The position numbers and the translations under genes are program-made. Positions 46,251 through 55,479 of a DNA stretch of 64,000 nt are shown in pieces. The first letter of the stretch is position 1; the number at the start of each line of letters is the position of its first letter. The DNA comes from a bacterium (GTDB lineage: Bacteria > JAHJDO01), in contig JAUSPT010000032.1 in the NCBI GenBank assembly GCA_030652805.1, positions 109,992-173,991 of the forward strand. The letters are read 5' to 3'. The notes under the pieces were generated by a model that was given only the letters and a program-made list of their open reading frames with translations, did no database searches and was not told the DNA's origin.

Positions 46251-46496
46251 CTAACTCATTCTGCTGATATATGACGCCAGCAAGTGGATGGTTTGAGAGT
46301 TTTCTCGTGTTAGTCCTGATTCCATTAACTTTAGATTAAATGTTTTTTCAATAAACACCAGAAGCTCCACAAAGCTAAATGAATCAACTCCTAGTGTGTG
46401 AAGAGGAGCATTTGAAGAAATTGTTGAAGAGTCTACATCTAATATTGTAGCAATCTCTTGGATCAGTGTTTCCTCGATATGTTTTACAGTCAACAT
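46251..46496 (-). CDS. Acyl carrier protein
   Basis: 81 aa with LGVDSFSFVEL (phosphopantetheine Ser in DS). Confidence 0.85.
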   Translation of the reverse strand: MLTVKHIEETLIQEIATILDVDSSTISSNAPLHTLGVDSFSFVELLVFIEKTFNLKLMESGLTRENSQTIHLLASYISRMS

Positions 46497-46511
46497 GCAG
46501 CTTGTATCCTT

Positions 46512-47552
46512 TTACACAGTCAATTTAATAACAGCTTTTTCTCCTCCACAATTATACCTAATACAACTGATTCTCCGTATTTGAGCAGGTTCAGTCTTTG
46601 TGCATAGATTTATATTGTAGGGATTATGGCTAACTAGGCATGCGTAGTGTAGCTGCTTTTTTAACATGAGAGCAGCAGCAGCACAATTAAAACTTGTTCC
46701 AGTCATCATACTGCCGAATATTGGCGAATACCCTGAGATGCAAACACCTGATTCTGCAGCCTTTTGATATTCTTTCTCGTCTCCTGCAATACCGTCGGCA
46801 TCAAGAATGAACATATCCGGTCTATTTTTTTCAACCTCTTTATCATTTAAAGAGATGGCTGTTATTTCACAATATTTCTTATGAGATTTCTCCAGTGTCA
46901 TCAGAAAGAATACACTTCCCTCTCCTGGTACTGCTACAGGCGTTTTTGAAAAATTAAATGGTTTGATTCTGCCATCTCCAGCAATTCGCAACTTTTGCCT
47001 GCAGATGTATTCCATAACTGTGCCGCATTCATCAACGCTTCCAACAAGAACATATTCACACCGTTTCTCATAAAGCCAGGCTCGCGCAAGGATAAGAGCC
47101 TGGTGAAACGAAAATGCAAACTGAGTAAGTGTAATGGTTGGGCCACGGCTATCTAACACAGATGTAATATAAGACGCTGCTGCATTATGGACAGAATGAG
47201 AAAATATGGTTGGAGAAGCATTCCTATCACCATATTCAAGCATATCATCCAGAAAGCGGAATGTTGTTACATGCGGACCAAATGCTGTTGAGACAATAAT
47301 ACCAAGAGAAGATTTCTTTTTATTAAAATTAATGCCACTATCCACTACAGCGTCACTGGCTGCTAATACTGCCATTTTACTGAATCTATCCGCACGACGT
47401 ATCCCGCCCAAAATTCTTTTGTCTGTGATTGATTCTTCCTTCACATGATAACCAGAATCTTCAGGCTTTATCCATCCATGCCTCAATGCGTCATCATAGC
47501 GGTTAATTCCCCGTCCCCCGCTAAAAACAACACCTATTCCAAAAATATTCAT
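46512..47552 (-). CDS. Beta-ketoacyl synthase-like protein lacking the active-site Cys (chain-length-factor-like partner)
   Basis: Thiolase-fold pattern (RRADRFSKMAVLAA, GIIVSTAFG). The Cys position reads TLTQFAFSFHQA and there are no HGT / GH motifs. Its start overlaps the stop of the upstream KS gene (47549-48673) by 4 nt. Confidence 0.7.
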   Translation of the reverse strand: MNIFGIGVVFSGGRGINRYDDALRHGWIKPEDSGYHVKEESITDKRILGGIRRADRFSKMAVLAASDAVVDSGINFNKKKSSLGIIVSTAFGPHVTTFRFLDDMLEYGDRNASPTIFSHSVHNAAASYITSVLDSRGPTITLTQFAFSFHQALILARAWLYEKRCEYVLVGSVDECGTVMEYICRQKLRIAGDGRIKPFNFSKTPVAVPGEGSVFFLMTLEKSHKKYCEITAISLNDKEVEKNRPDMFILDADGIAGDEKEYQKAAESGVCISGYSPIFGSMMTGTSFNCAAAALMLKKQLHYACLVSHNPYNINLCTKTEPAQIRRISCIRYNCGGEKAVIKLTV

Positions 47553-48673
47553 GCTCCTCTCCCAATAACAATCGCAGCATTGTTGCCGCCAAAGGCAAGG
47601 GACGTAGAAAGGGCAAAAGATCCGTGTATGCTCGTCTTCTCTCTAACCGGCGTTATAGGTATTTCATCATCCTGATTTACAAAACCAGCGCTTGCAGGTA
47701 TCCATCCTTCCAGAAGCGCAGCACCTGTAAAAACAGCTTCCAATCCTCCTGCGCCGCCAAGTGTATGCCCCGTAAATCCCTTTGTAGAAAGAACCTTAAT
47801 ATCCTTACCAAAAACCCTTGCTAGAACCATACCCTCAACTTTATCATTATCCCGGGTTGCAGTGCCGTGAGCATTAACAAAACAGACCTCTTGAGAACTA
47901 ATGCATGCTTCAGAAAGCGCTCTCTGAATCGCTGCTTCCAATCCTGTACCATCAGGTCTTGGAGCAGTAAGATGATAGGCGTCTGCTGAAGCGCCGTATC
48001 CAGCAAGATACAATCTAGGGGCATTGCCCGAGGCATTGCCTCTCTTACAAGCACATGCTTCTCTCTCAAGCACAAGAATTCCAGCACCTTCCCCTAAGTT
48101 TAATCCTTTACGATCTCTGTCAAATGGAGCGCATAATGATTCACTGACAATCCCAAGTGCCCCAAAACCGCATATAGGAATACGGTTCAATTCGTCTGCG
48201 CCACCGGCAATAGCGATATCACACTCTCCATTCCTTAACCAGGATAACGCTACTCCAATCGCATCAGCGCCTGAAGAACATGCATTAACCACAGTAACAC
48301 GTGGACCTTTTGCTCCTATAGTATTTGCAACAGCTTGGGCAAGGTTTCCTTTTAAAAATCGGTCGACAGAATCCATCGGGGCTTTTCCCGAACTCCTGTA
48401 CGAATGATAGAAGTCAACATCATTTAACTGGCTTGCCACAGTAGTCCCAAGACATACTCCTACACGAAAATCCTCAATGCGTTTTTTTAGTTCTGCCTTA
48501 TTTAGGGCTTCCTCTACTGCGCACAAAGCAAGACTTAAAGTGCTCATTCTGTGTTCAAAGACTGGTTTTTTATTTACTTGTCCGCGCTGAAATGTATCCA
48601 GTGTTTCTGTGAGATTTGTACCTGCAGCAGAAATCGCACCCATGCCTGTTATTATTATGTTTGTTTTCTCCAT
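47549..48673 (-). CDS. Beta-ketoacyl-ACP synthase (FabF/FabB-like, catalytically complete)
   Basis: VVNACSSGADAIG (Cys), VNAHGTATRDND (His), FTGHTLGGAGG (His). Confidence 0.9.
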   Translation of the reverse strand: MEKTNIIITGMGAISAAGTNLTETLDTFQRGQVNKKPVFEHRMSTLSLALCAVEEALNKAELKKRIEDFRVGVCLGTTVASQLNDVDFYHSYRSSGKAPMDSVDRFLKGNLAQAVANTIGAKGPRVTVVNACSSGADAIGVALSWLRNGECDIAIAGGADELNRIPICGFGALGIVSESLCAPFDRDRKGLNLGEGAGILVLEREACACKRGNASGNAPRLYLAGYGASADAYHLTAPRPDGTGLEAAIQRALSEACISSQEVCFVNAHGTATRDNDKVEGMVLARVFGKDIKVLSTKGFTGHTLGGAGGLEAVFTGAALLEGWIPASAGFVNQDDEIPITPVREKTSIHGSFALSTSLAFGGNNAAIVIGRGA

Positions 48674-48700
48674 GAAACTCCGTTGAGAGAAAATGCGAAT

Positions 48701-48982
48701 TTATGCTGCTGTATTCTCGTATATATATTGTGCCAGAGTGTCGATTGAATAAAATATTTTTCTGCCCTGATCCATATCTTTGATTTCTAACCCAAAATTC
48801 CGCTGCAATAGCACAACAATTTCTACTGCATCTAAAGAATCCAGTCCAAGTCCTTCGCCAAACAGAACCTCGTCATCTTTAATATCTTCAGGTTTTACAT
48901 TCTCTAATGATAGGCTGCTTACAAGCAGTTTTTTTAACTTGTTTCGTATTTCCTTCAATTCTTTTTGTTTCTGCTCTGCCAT
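48701..48982 (-). CDS. Acyl carrier protein
   Basis: 93 aa with GLGLDSLDAVEIVVLL. Confidence 0.88.
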   Translation of the reverse strand: MAEQKQKELKEIRNKLKKLLVSSLSLENVKPEDIKDDEVLFGEGLGLDSLDAVEIVVLLQRNFGLEIKDMDQGRKIFYSIDTLAQYIYENTAA

Positions 48983-49093
48983 TTAATCTTCTCCTATATT
49001 TAGCGGTATTCAACAAGCGATATCATATCCTCTTATTGCTCTTTTTTCAAGGAACAATTCCAACACGGTATAAGAGTGGATTTTTGGCAACCA

Positions 49094-49711
49094 TTAGAAT
49101 GGGAAACTGATTCCGATAATGATTTTGCTTGAATTAAGTGGTACGTTGGGTTGCTTCATGCCAGCGTTAGATATGTGATGAAATCTATATTCTAACACAA
49201 ATGAACGGCCTTTTCTGGTCTTGTAACTAAGTCCTAGTCCCGCTTGATAATTCCCGCAGATATTGGCGCCCATGCCAGGTATGTTCGCTTCCGTATAGAC
49301 AGGACCGCCGCCCACGAAGAAATATGGCATGTATCTTTGCGATGTCTTCAGCGTCCAGGATGAAAGAAAGTTCAAGCCAAAAATCCGGCCATCATCAGGC
49401 TTAATAAGATAAGACACAGGTAGTTCTATCAGGAAGTTATGACTTCCGCGGTACCAGTCACGTCCAGTATCTTTGAGTTTTCGCCTATATCGCAGAATTA
49501 CATCCACTGTCTCAACATGTTCACGAGTTTTGCCGAGTCCCGGATGCGTGGTACTGTAGCCGCTCAGCAACATCCATGATTCATCAGTTTGATCCGTATC
49601 GGCAAAGGCAACGTTAATTGCAACAACTGTGAACAGCAGTATCAGGCAGATTAATTTCATGGCGCACACCAAATCACTGAAGAGCATCTTTGTTCTGTTC
49701 ATTCTTCCCAT
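49094..49711 (-). CDS. Acyloxyacyl hydrolase / PagL-like outer-membrane lipid A deacylase
   Basis: Signal peptide, beta-barrel periodicity, a C-terminal YRFHHISNAG motif (His/Ser pair of the PagL family), and a terminal aromatic F. Confidence 0.72.
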   Translation of the reverse strand: MGRMNRTKMLFSDLVCAMKLICLILLFTVVAINVAFADTDQTDESWMLLSGYSTTHPGLGKTREHVETVDVILRYRRKLKDTGRDWYRGSHNFLIELPVSYLIKPDDGRIFGLNFLSSWTLKTSQRYMPYFFVGGGPVYTEANIPGMGANICGNYQAGLGLSYKTRKGRSFVLEYRFHHISNAGMKQPNVPLNSSKIIIGISFPF

Positions 49712-50619
49712 ACATCACGAAATAAAAAATATTGATAAGGGTGTTTGTGTGTATATGCTTCAAGCAACGCGGCAAATTTTTGAACCCATTGCTGTAGTTG
49801 ATGGTGTTTATCCTTTTCACTAATATAGCATGGATACAGCACATTAGATACATCAACAATGTACTGATAAGTAGATACTTTCTCTGACAATAGAACAACC
49901 ACCGGACATCCTGCCGCTGCTGCAATTGTAAAGCCGCCGTATGGGAACCAGGCTTTCTCTCCAAGAAATGAAACTTCTACGGCTTTAAACCCATATCTGC
50001 GGTCACCCATAATGGACACAATATGTTTTTCCTTTAATTTATTCATGATTTCAACAATTCCACCAAGATCTTGTTCAGGAGAAATAATCTTGATATGGTT
50101 CTGTTCCCTGCTGATACGCAGTGAACTTTGCACTGCAGGGTTATCTTCCGGACGCATAACAAGATACACCGTTTTTTCCAGTTTTTTTAATGCTGTCATA
50201 GCGACCTGCCAGTTACCAACATGAGCAGTTAGTAAAATTATTCCATGAGGAGAATTCTGAATCAGGGACATCAATTGTTCATATCCATGTAATTGGATAT
50301 CAAATATTTCCTGCCCTGAAACAATAGCGTATCGATCAATAAGCTGTTTTCCCTGACTTACAAACAATCTATATACGTGTCTCAGCCTTTTTACAAAACC
50401 ATGTGATGGAAACCTTCTGTTAATATACGCCAAAGCTCCACAAACAGCTGCTTGGTCAAACAGCACATAATAGATACAGACAATATATAATAATCCATAC
50501 GCTCCTCTTAACCCAAAAAAGCGCAGAGAAATCCTAAAAAACCAGAATCCAAGGGCATTCCCTCTTTTTTTTGCTTCAATTTTTCGAGATGCTTTAGCTT
50601 TTTTCATTTTTACCATCAA
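49699..50619 (-). CDS. LpxL/HtrB-family lysophospholipid/lipid A acyltransferase
   Basis: N-terminal TM, IILLTAHVGNWQV (H-x-x-N-W motif region), IMGDR. Confidence 0.82.
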   Translation of the reverse strand: MMVKMKKAKASRKIEAKKRGNALGFWFFRISLRFFGLRGAYGLLYIVCIYYVLFDQAAVCGALAYINRRFPSHGFVKRLRHVYRLFVSQGKQLIDRYAIVSGQEIFDIQLHGYEQLMSLIQNSPHGIILLTAHVGNWQVAMTALKKLEKTVYLVMRPEDNPAVQSSLRISREQNHIKIISPEQDLGGIVEIMNKLKEKHIVSIMGDRRYGFKAVEVSFLGEKAWFPYGGFTIAAAAGCPVVVLLSEKVSTYQYIVDVSNVLYPCYISEKDKHHQLQQWVQKFAALLEAYTHKHPYQYFLFRDVWEE

Positions 50620-50755
50620 CTTTTTTTGCGTTCAAGTCTGTTTTTTCTATGTAAAGATTATCAAGCGGGCTTTTGACCCCAAACTGATATAATAAGCATA
50701 ACTACACAAAGTGGCAAAATCAAGCCTAAAACTCGTATTTTCGCACAAAAATCCT

Positions 50756-50809
50756 TTGACACATATAAAATTATTCGCTATCTTGAACACAATAAAGGTA
50801 ACTGTTCAA
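50756..50809 (+). promoter_or_regulatory. Candidate sigma70-type promoter plus inverted-repeat operator upstream of hcp
   Basis: TTGACA (50756-61), 17 nt, TATCTT (50779-84). IR TTGAACA-N13-TGTTCAA (50783-50809) overlaps the -10 element and downstream sequence. Confidence 0.35.
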
Positions 50810-50858
50810 TGATGTACGTTATATATGGCTTAACACAAAATCGAAAGGAGGAACGATC

Positions 50859-52502
50859 ATGTTTTGTTTTCAATGTCAGGAAACGGCTAAAAACCAAGGC
50901 TGCACCGTAAAAGGCGTGTGCGGAAAACCCGAGGAGACCGCGGACCTGCAGGATCTGCTCATTTACGTGTGTAAAGGAATCTCGATCTATGGTGAAAAGT
51001 TAAAGGAAATGGGCACTATGGGCAAGAACGCAGCCCACTTCGTGTGCAAGGCACTTTTTACCACCATCACCAATGTGGCATGGGACGATGATGTCGTCAT
51101 CGGCCGGATCAAGGAGGGTTTCAGGGTTCGGGACGCAGTCAGGGAAAAGGCCGGAGCCGCCATGTCCGGCGCGCTTCCGGATTGCGCCACCTGGTTCTCA
51201 GAGGACAAGGAGGCCATCATGGCCAAGGCCATGTCCGATGAAGTGCGCATCACCACCGCTGAAAACGAGGACGTGCGCTCCCTCAGAGAGCTGCTCATCA
51301 TCGGCTGCAAGGGAATCGCAGCTTATGCCGATCATGCCGCGATTCTTGGTCATGAGAAGGATGATATCTACGGCTTCCTCATGGAGGCCCTGGCATCCAC
51401 CACCAAGGATCTTTCAACGGATGAGATGATCGCCATGGTCATGAAGGCAGGGGAGATGGCTGTAAATACTATGGCCCTTCTGGATGAGGCCAATACAACT
51501 GCCTATGGCAATCCCGAGATCACGGAGGTCAACATCGGCGTCAGAAACAATCCCGGAATCCTGATCTCCGGCCACGACTTGAAAGACATGGAAGAACTGC
51601 TCAGGCAAACCAAAGACGGGTGTGATGTTTACACCCACGGGGAAATGCTGCCGGCCAACTACTATCCGGCCTTTAAGAAGTATGACCATTTCGTGGGCAA
51701 CTACGGCGGGTCGTGGTGGCATCAGAACAAGGAATTCGAATCCTTTAACGGCCCCATCATTCTGACAACCAACTGCCTGATTCCCATCAAAAAGGAAAAC
51801 ACCTATCTGAAACGGCTCTTTACTACCGGCGTCGTCAACTATCCCGGGGCCAAACACATCGCGGACAGGCCGGAAGGCGGGACAAAGGATTTCTCCCCGG
51901 TCGTGGCGCTGGCGAAAACATGCAAGTCACCGGAAGAGATAGAATCTGGCAAGATCGTTGGTGGGTTCGCCCATAACCAGGTCCTGGCCCTGGCTGACAA
52001 AGTGATCGACGCCGTTAAGTCAGGAGCCATCAAACGCTTTGTTGTCATGGCCGGGTGCGACGGCCGCCAAAAAGCCCGAAGTTATTTTACTGAAGTGGCC
52101 GAGAAGCTGCCCGAAGACACGGTAATTCTCACCGCCGGATGCGCCAAATACCGCTACAACAAGCTGGCACTGGGTGACATCGGCGGTATTCCCCGCGTGC
52201 TGGACGCCGGTCAGTGCAACGACTCCTACTCCCTGGCGGTGATCGCCTTGAAACTCAAGGAAGCATTCGGACTGAACGACATCAATGAGCTACCCGTCTC
52301 TTACGACATCGCCTGGTACGAGCAAAAAGCAGTGACCGTGTTGCTGGCCCTGCTGTTTCTCGGCGTCAAAGGAATTCGCCTGGGTCCCACATTGCCGGCC
52401 TTCCTGTCTCCCAATGTGGCCAAGGTCCTGGTGGAAAAATTCGACATCAAACCTATTGGAACCGTGCAGGATGATATTGTGGCAATGATGAAAGGAGAAT
52501 AA
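50859..52502 (+). CDS. hcp: Hydroxylamine reductase / hybrid-cluster protein
   Basis: [23 protein letters not shown] (N-terminal Cys cluster). 547 aa with conserved blocks throughout. RBS aaaggagg. GC is much higher than the window average. Confidence 0.95.
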   Translation: MFCFQCQETAKNQGCTVKGVCGKPEETADLQDLLIYVCKGISIYGEKLKEMGTMGKNAAHFVCKALFTTITNVAWDDDVVIGRIKEGFRVRDAVREKAGAAMSGALPDCATWFSEDKEAIMAKAMSDEVRITTAENEDVRSLRELLIIGCKGIAAYADHAAILGHEKDDIYGFLMEALASTTKDLSTDEMIAMVMKAGEMAVNTMALLDEANTTAYGNPEITEVNIGVRNNPGILISGHDLKDMEELLRQTKDGCDVYTHGEMLPANYYPAFKKYDHFVGNYGGSWWHQNKEFESFNGPIILTTNCLIPIKKENTYLKRLFTTGVVNYPGAKHIADRPEGGTKDFSPVVALAKTCKSPEEIESGKIVGGFAHNQVLALADKVIDAVKSGAIKRFVVMAGCDGRQKARSYFTEVAEKLPEDTVILTAGCAKYRYNKLALGDIGGIPRVLDAGQCNDSYSLAVIALKLKEAFGLNDINELPVSYDIAWYEQKAVTVLLALLFLGVKGIRLGPTLPAFLSPNVAKVLVEKFDIKPIGTVQDDIVAMMKGE

Positions 52503-52540
52503 TACGGTTTGAATGAAAAATACGATATAACAAGGCGCTC

Positions 52541-52602
52541 CACCGGACGGCAATTCCGCTGCGCTCCATTGCCGCCGGTGAGCTTGGTCGTTCTACTTTT
52601 TT
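52541..52602 (+). terminator. GC-rich hairpin after hcp (possible terminator or REP-like element)
   Basis: CACCGGaCGGCAAT (52541-54), a 13-nt loop, then ATTGCCGCCGGTG (52568-80). The T6 run comes only 17 nt later (52597-52602), so this is not a canonical intrinsic terminator. Confidence 0.4.
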
Positions 52603-52648
52603 CACATAGAAATCTTAACAGATTATTTTTCTCTTTTCAATTGCCTAA

Positions 52649-52682
52649 GAACCAGGTTGGTTCAAAAGAACCAAATTGGTTC
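52649..52682. promoter_or_regulatory. Two tandem 15-bp palindromes (candidate operator pair) upstream of the oxidoreductase gene
   Basis: GAACCAggtTGGTTC (52649-63) and GAACCAaatTGGTTC (52668-82). Centre-to-centre spacing is 19 bp, about 95 bp upstream of the ATG at 52778. Confidence 0.5.
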
Positions 52683-52777
52683 AAATAGGAAATAAACAAA
52701 GTAGCTCGCTTATTTCAACTTGATATTGTTGAAGCTTTTCTTTAAAGTAATATCTAATTTTACTATAAAGATAGAAG

Positions 52778-54367
52778 ATGATACAGGCGAATAATCAAGT
52801 TCCGGACAGGTGTGATGTTGTAGTCATCGGAGCAGGGGCAGGTGGACTCACCGCAGCAGGGCTTCTCTCAAGGGTTGGTCTTCAAACAGTAGTTCTTGAG
52901 ACTCAGCCACAGCCGGGGGGATACCTGGCAGGTTTTCAGCGACAGGGCTTTCAGTTCAACACTTCCATCCAATGGCTCAATCAATGCGGTCCCGGCGGAT
53001 TCGTCTACAACATCTGGCGTCATTTAGGCGGCGAGTTTCCAACCTGCGCACCGTTGACTCGCATACACAGATATAAAAGCGATTCGTTCGACTATTTGCT
53101 GAGTTCCAATCCTATCGACTTACAGGATTGCCTTATCAAGGACTTTCCTGATGATGAGAGCGGTATCAGAGCTTTTTTCAAGGATGGGGAAAGACTTGGA
53201 CAGCGGCTGAATGTCCTGAACAGCAGGACAATGGCGAAAGAGACCATGCCATTCTTTGAAAGAGTTATTCGCAACTTACAAATGCTGTTTTGGGCAATTC
53301 CTGTCGCTAAATACGTGATGAGCCCTGTCGAGAAAGGGCTGCGCCGCTATTTCAGTACGGAGGGTGCTCAAAAGATATTCTGCAGTCAAGAATCCTTTAT
53401 GTCCGTTATGGTGCCTATCGCTTGGGCATTCGCCGGAAATTTTCAAACTTGTCCCAAAGGAGGAAGTCGCACACTGGCTTTATGGCTGTGTGAGAGAATC
53501 AGATCTGCCGGGTCGAAAGTATTGCTGAACCAGCACGTGGAAAGAGTGCTGTTAAACGCTAGAAAAGAAGCGACCGGTGTATTACTGGCAGACGGAAGTT
53601 CTCTGAGAGCTCGATACGTGATTGCAGCCTGCGACGTACAGATGCTCTATGAAAAGATGCTGCCGGACGGCTGTATTCCGGTACGGATGCGAAAAGCACT
53701 GCATAATGCCGATATTTATCATTCCAGCTTCAGCATATTTCTGGGACTGGATTGCGATGCTTCTTCTTTGGGATTCGGAGAAGAAGTATTGAATCTCACT
53801 AGGAGCGATGTATCACGTGAAGATCACATGAGTGGTGACCCACATCGCACGATCATGGTCGTCATCGCGCCTTCAGTTCGTGATTCTTCTCTGGCACCGG
53901 AAGGCAAGGGAACCCTTATGATACATTGTCCGGCGTATCTCGATTACGAAGACAATTGGAGAACCGGCAAGGGGCTGGCGAGGGGCGAGCCCTACAGAGC
54001 ATTGAAAAGAAAGTTTGCCGACATCCTGCTGGCCCGGATTGAGAAAACCTTCGCTCCCGGGCTGAGGAAGCACATAGAGGTGATGGAGATTGCAACACCT
54101 GTAACATACTGGCGATATACGGGCAACACCAAGGGAAGCATTTCAGGGATTAAACCAACGGGAAGAAATATCAGAATCAGTGTAGCACGTTACAAAACGC
54201 CTGTGAAGAATTTATTGTTGGGAGGTCATTGTGCAGAATACGGCGGGGGTGTTCCAATGGCTGTAAAGGCCGGTGCGAATGCTAGTCTCATCGTCATGAA
54301 AGACATGAAAAGAGCGGCTTACGATGAACTGAAAGACGTAATAAACGGCGTAGAAAGGCACCACTGA
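52778..54367 (+). CDS. NAD(P)/FAD-dependent oxidoreductase of the phytoene desaturase (CrtI)-like family
   Basis: DVVVIGAGAGGLTAAGLLSRVGLQTVVLE.....GG (Rossmann dinucleotide motif). 529 aa with a C-terminal GG....G..GV motif. Confidence 0.82.
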   Translation: MIQANNQVPDRCDVVVIGAGAGGLTAAGLLSRVGLQTVVLETQPQPGGYLAGFQRQGFQFNTSIQWLNQCGPGGFVYNIWRHLGGEFPTCAPLTRIHRYKSDSFDYLLSSNPIDLQDCLIKDFPDDESGIRAFFKDGERLGQRLNVLNSRTMAKETMPFFERVIRNLQMLFWAIPVAKYVMSPVEKGLRRYFSTEGAQKIFCSQESFMSVMVPIAWAFAGNFQTCPKGGSRTLALWLCERIRSAGSKVLLNQHVERVLLNARKEATGVLLADGSSLRARYVIAACDVQMLYEKMLPDGCIPVRMRKALHNADIYHSSFSIFLGLDCDASSLGFGEEVLNLTRSDVSREDHMSGDPHRTIMVVIAPSVRDSSLAPEGKGTLMIHCPAYLDYEDNWRTGKGLARGEPYRALKRKFADILLARIEKTFAPGLRKHIEVMEIATPVTYWRYTGNTKGSISGIKPTGRNIRISVARYKTPVKNLLLGGHCAEYGGGVPMAVKAGANASLIVMKDMKRAAYDELKDVINGVERHH

Positions 54368-54463
54368 AAGCAGAGAAAACGTTTCAGCCAAAGCAGATGG
54401 TAATTTCTTGTGAATCATCAGGGTTTATGGTAACATGTTTTTACAGCATGAGAAGGAGATGTT

Positions 54464-54646
54464 ATGTCTATACTACAGGTAGATAATAGTAGTGAAAAAA
54501 GAGAAATGGAGTTTGAACTGGACTACTTGAAAAAGCTCTCTATTGGTGAACGAATGCAAATGATGCTTCAAAAATCTAAAGAGATGGCAAAAATTCTTAG
54601 AAGAAATGAAGATAGAAAAACTACTTTCATTACTCAGAGACAATAA
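54464..54646 (+). CDS. Small 60-aa protein, possible partner or antitoxin of the downstream nucleotidyltransferase-fold protein
   Basis: RBS gaaggagatgttATG. Charged helical sequence. Overlaps the next ORF by 41 nt. Confidence 0.4.
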   Translation: MSILQVDNSSEKREMEFELDYLKKLSIGERMQMMLQKSKEMAKILRRNEDRKTTFITQRQ

Positions 54647-55055
54647 GGTAGAATTTGTCCTGATTGGCGCAGTCACCTTCCCTGTCTATGGTTACTCAAG
54701 ATCCACATTAGATACTGATATCTTTATAAGACCAACAATCGAGAATGCAAAAAACACACTGATAAGCCTGGAAGAATTTGGTTATGATGTGTCATGCTTA
54801 ACTCCTGAATCGCTTCTGAAGAAAAAAACTCTTATCCGTCAATATATTGTGGAAACAGACATTCATCCATTTGTCAAAGGTATTTCATTTGAAGAGGTTT
54901 GGGAGAATAAAGTTGAGAACTTCTTTGGTAAACAGAAAGTTTATTTTGCTTCTCTAGAAGATATTATAAAAATGAAGAAAGCTGCTGGAAGAGTTAAAGA
55001 TAGAGAAGATTTGAAAGTCCTCAAAAGATTATTAAAGCAAGAAAGACCTAATTAG
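54606..55055 (+). CDS. Small nucleotidyltransferase-fold protein (DUF2204/DUF6036-like)
   Basis: VEFVLIGAVTFPVYGYSRSTLDTDIFI (G..x..G....T.D.D pattern). C-terminal SLEDIIKMKKAAGRVKDREDLKVL. Confidence 0.55.
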   Translation: MKIEKLLSLLRDNKVEFVLIGAVTFPVYGYSRSTLDTDIFIRPTIENAKNTLISLEEFGYDVSCLTPESLLKKKTLIRQYIVETDIHPFVKGISFEEVWENKVENFFGKQKVYFASLEDIIKMKKAAGRVKDREDLKVLKRLLKQERPN

Positions 55056-55197
55056 CAGTTTCTATTCTGTAATTCCTACAATAACTACTAATATCGGCGC
55101 AGCAATAAGAGAATAAAAGAGGGCTCAAATCTTTTTTTGCATGTATTTGCAAAATATTGCTTGTATTTGCTTAATTTTTCTGCTAGAATCTTGAATT

Positions 55198-55479
55198 ATG
55201 AATAAAGAGATTATGAGTATAGTTGGGATTTCAAGATATCTCGGATTTAGCCAGAGAAAAATTTATCAGTTAATAAAAGAAGGGAAGATTCCTGTCTCAA
55301 AAATCGGCGGGCAGTATCGCTTTATAAAAGATGAAATATATTTGTGGCTGAGAAGATCCAAACCTACAAATAAGTTAAATAACATTGATTTAGTAAATAA
55401 AATAAAAAAAGCCTGTGAGGAAAAGACAGCTGACGAACTGAATAATATTCTGAAGGAAATTTCCAATGAGAAGACATAA
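55198..55479 (+). CDS. Excisionase/MerR-type helix-turn-helix DNA-binding protein
   Basis: IVGISRYLGFSQRKIYQLIKEGKIPVSKIGGQYRFIKDEIYLWL. Confidence 0.75.
   Translation: MNKEIMSIVGISRYLGFSQRKIYQLIKEGKIPVSKIGGQYRFIKDEIYLWLRRSKPTNKLNNIDLVNKIKKACEEKTADELNNILKEISNEKT

Noticed and set aside
50620-50858. Replication origin at the divergent strand switch
   Set aside because: I saw no DnaA-box clusters (TTATCCACA-like), and there is no dnaA, dnaN or other origin-linked gene nearby. The region is better explained as the hcp promoter.
50987-52553. Several 69-147-aa ORFs on both strands within and just after hcp
   Set aside because: These are shadow ORFs of a GC-rich, strongly conserved gene. None has a start context or any motif.
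52649-52682. tRNA T-arm-like GGTTCAAA words suggesting a tRNA or tRNA fragment (possible att site)
   Set aside because: No acceptor, D-arm or anticodon arm can be built around them. The words are halves of two perfect palindromes, which fits an operator better.
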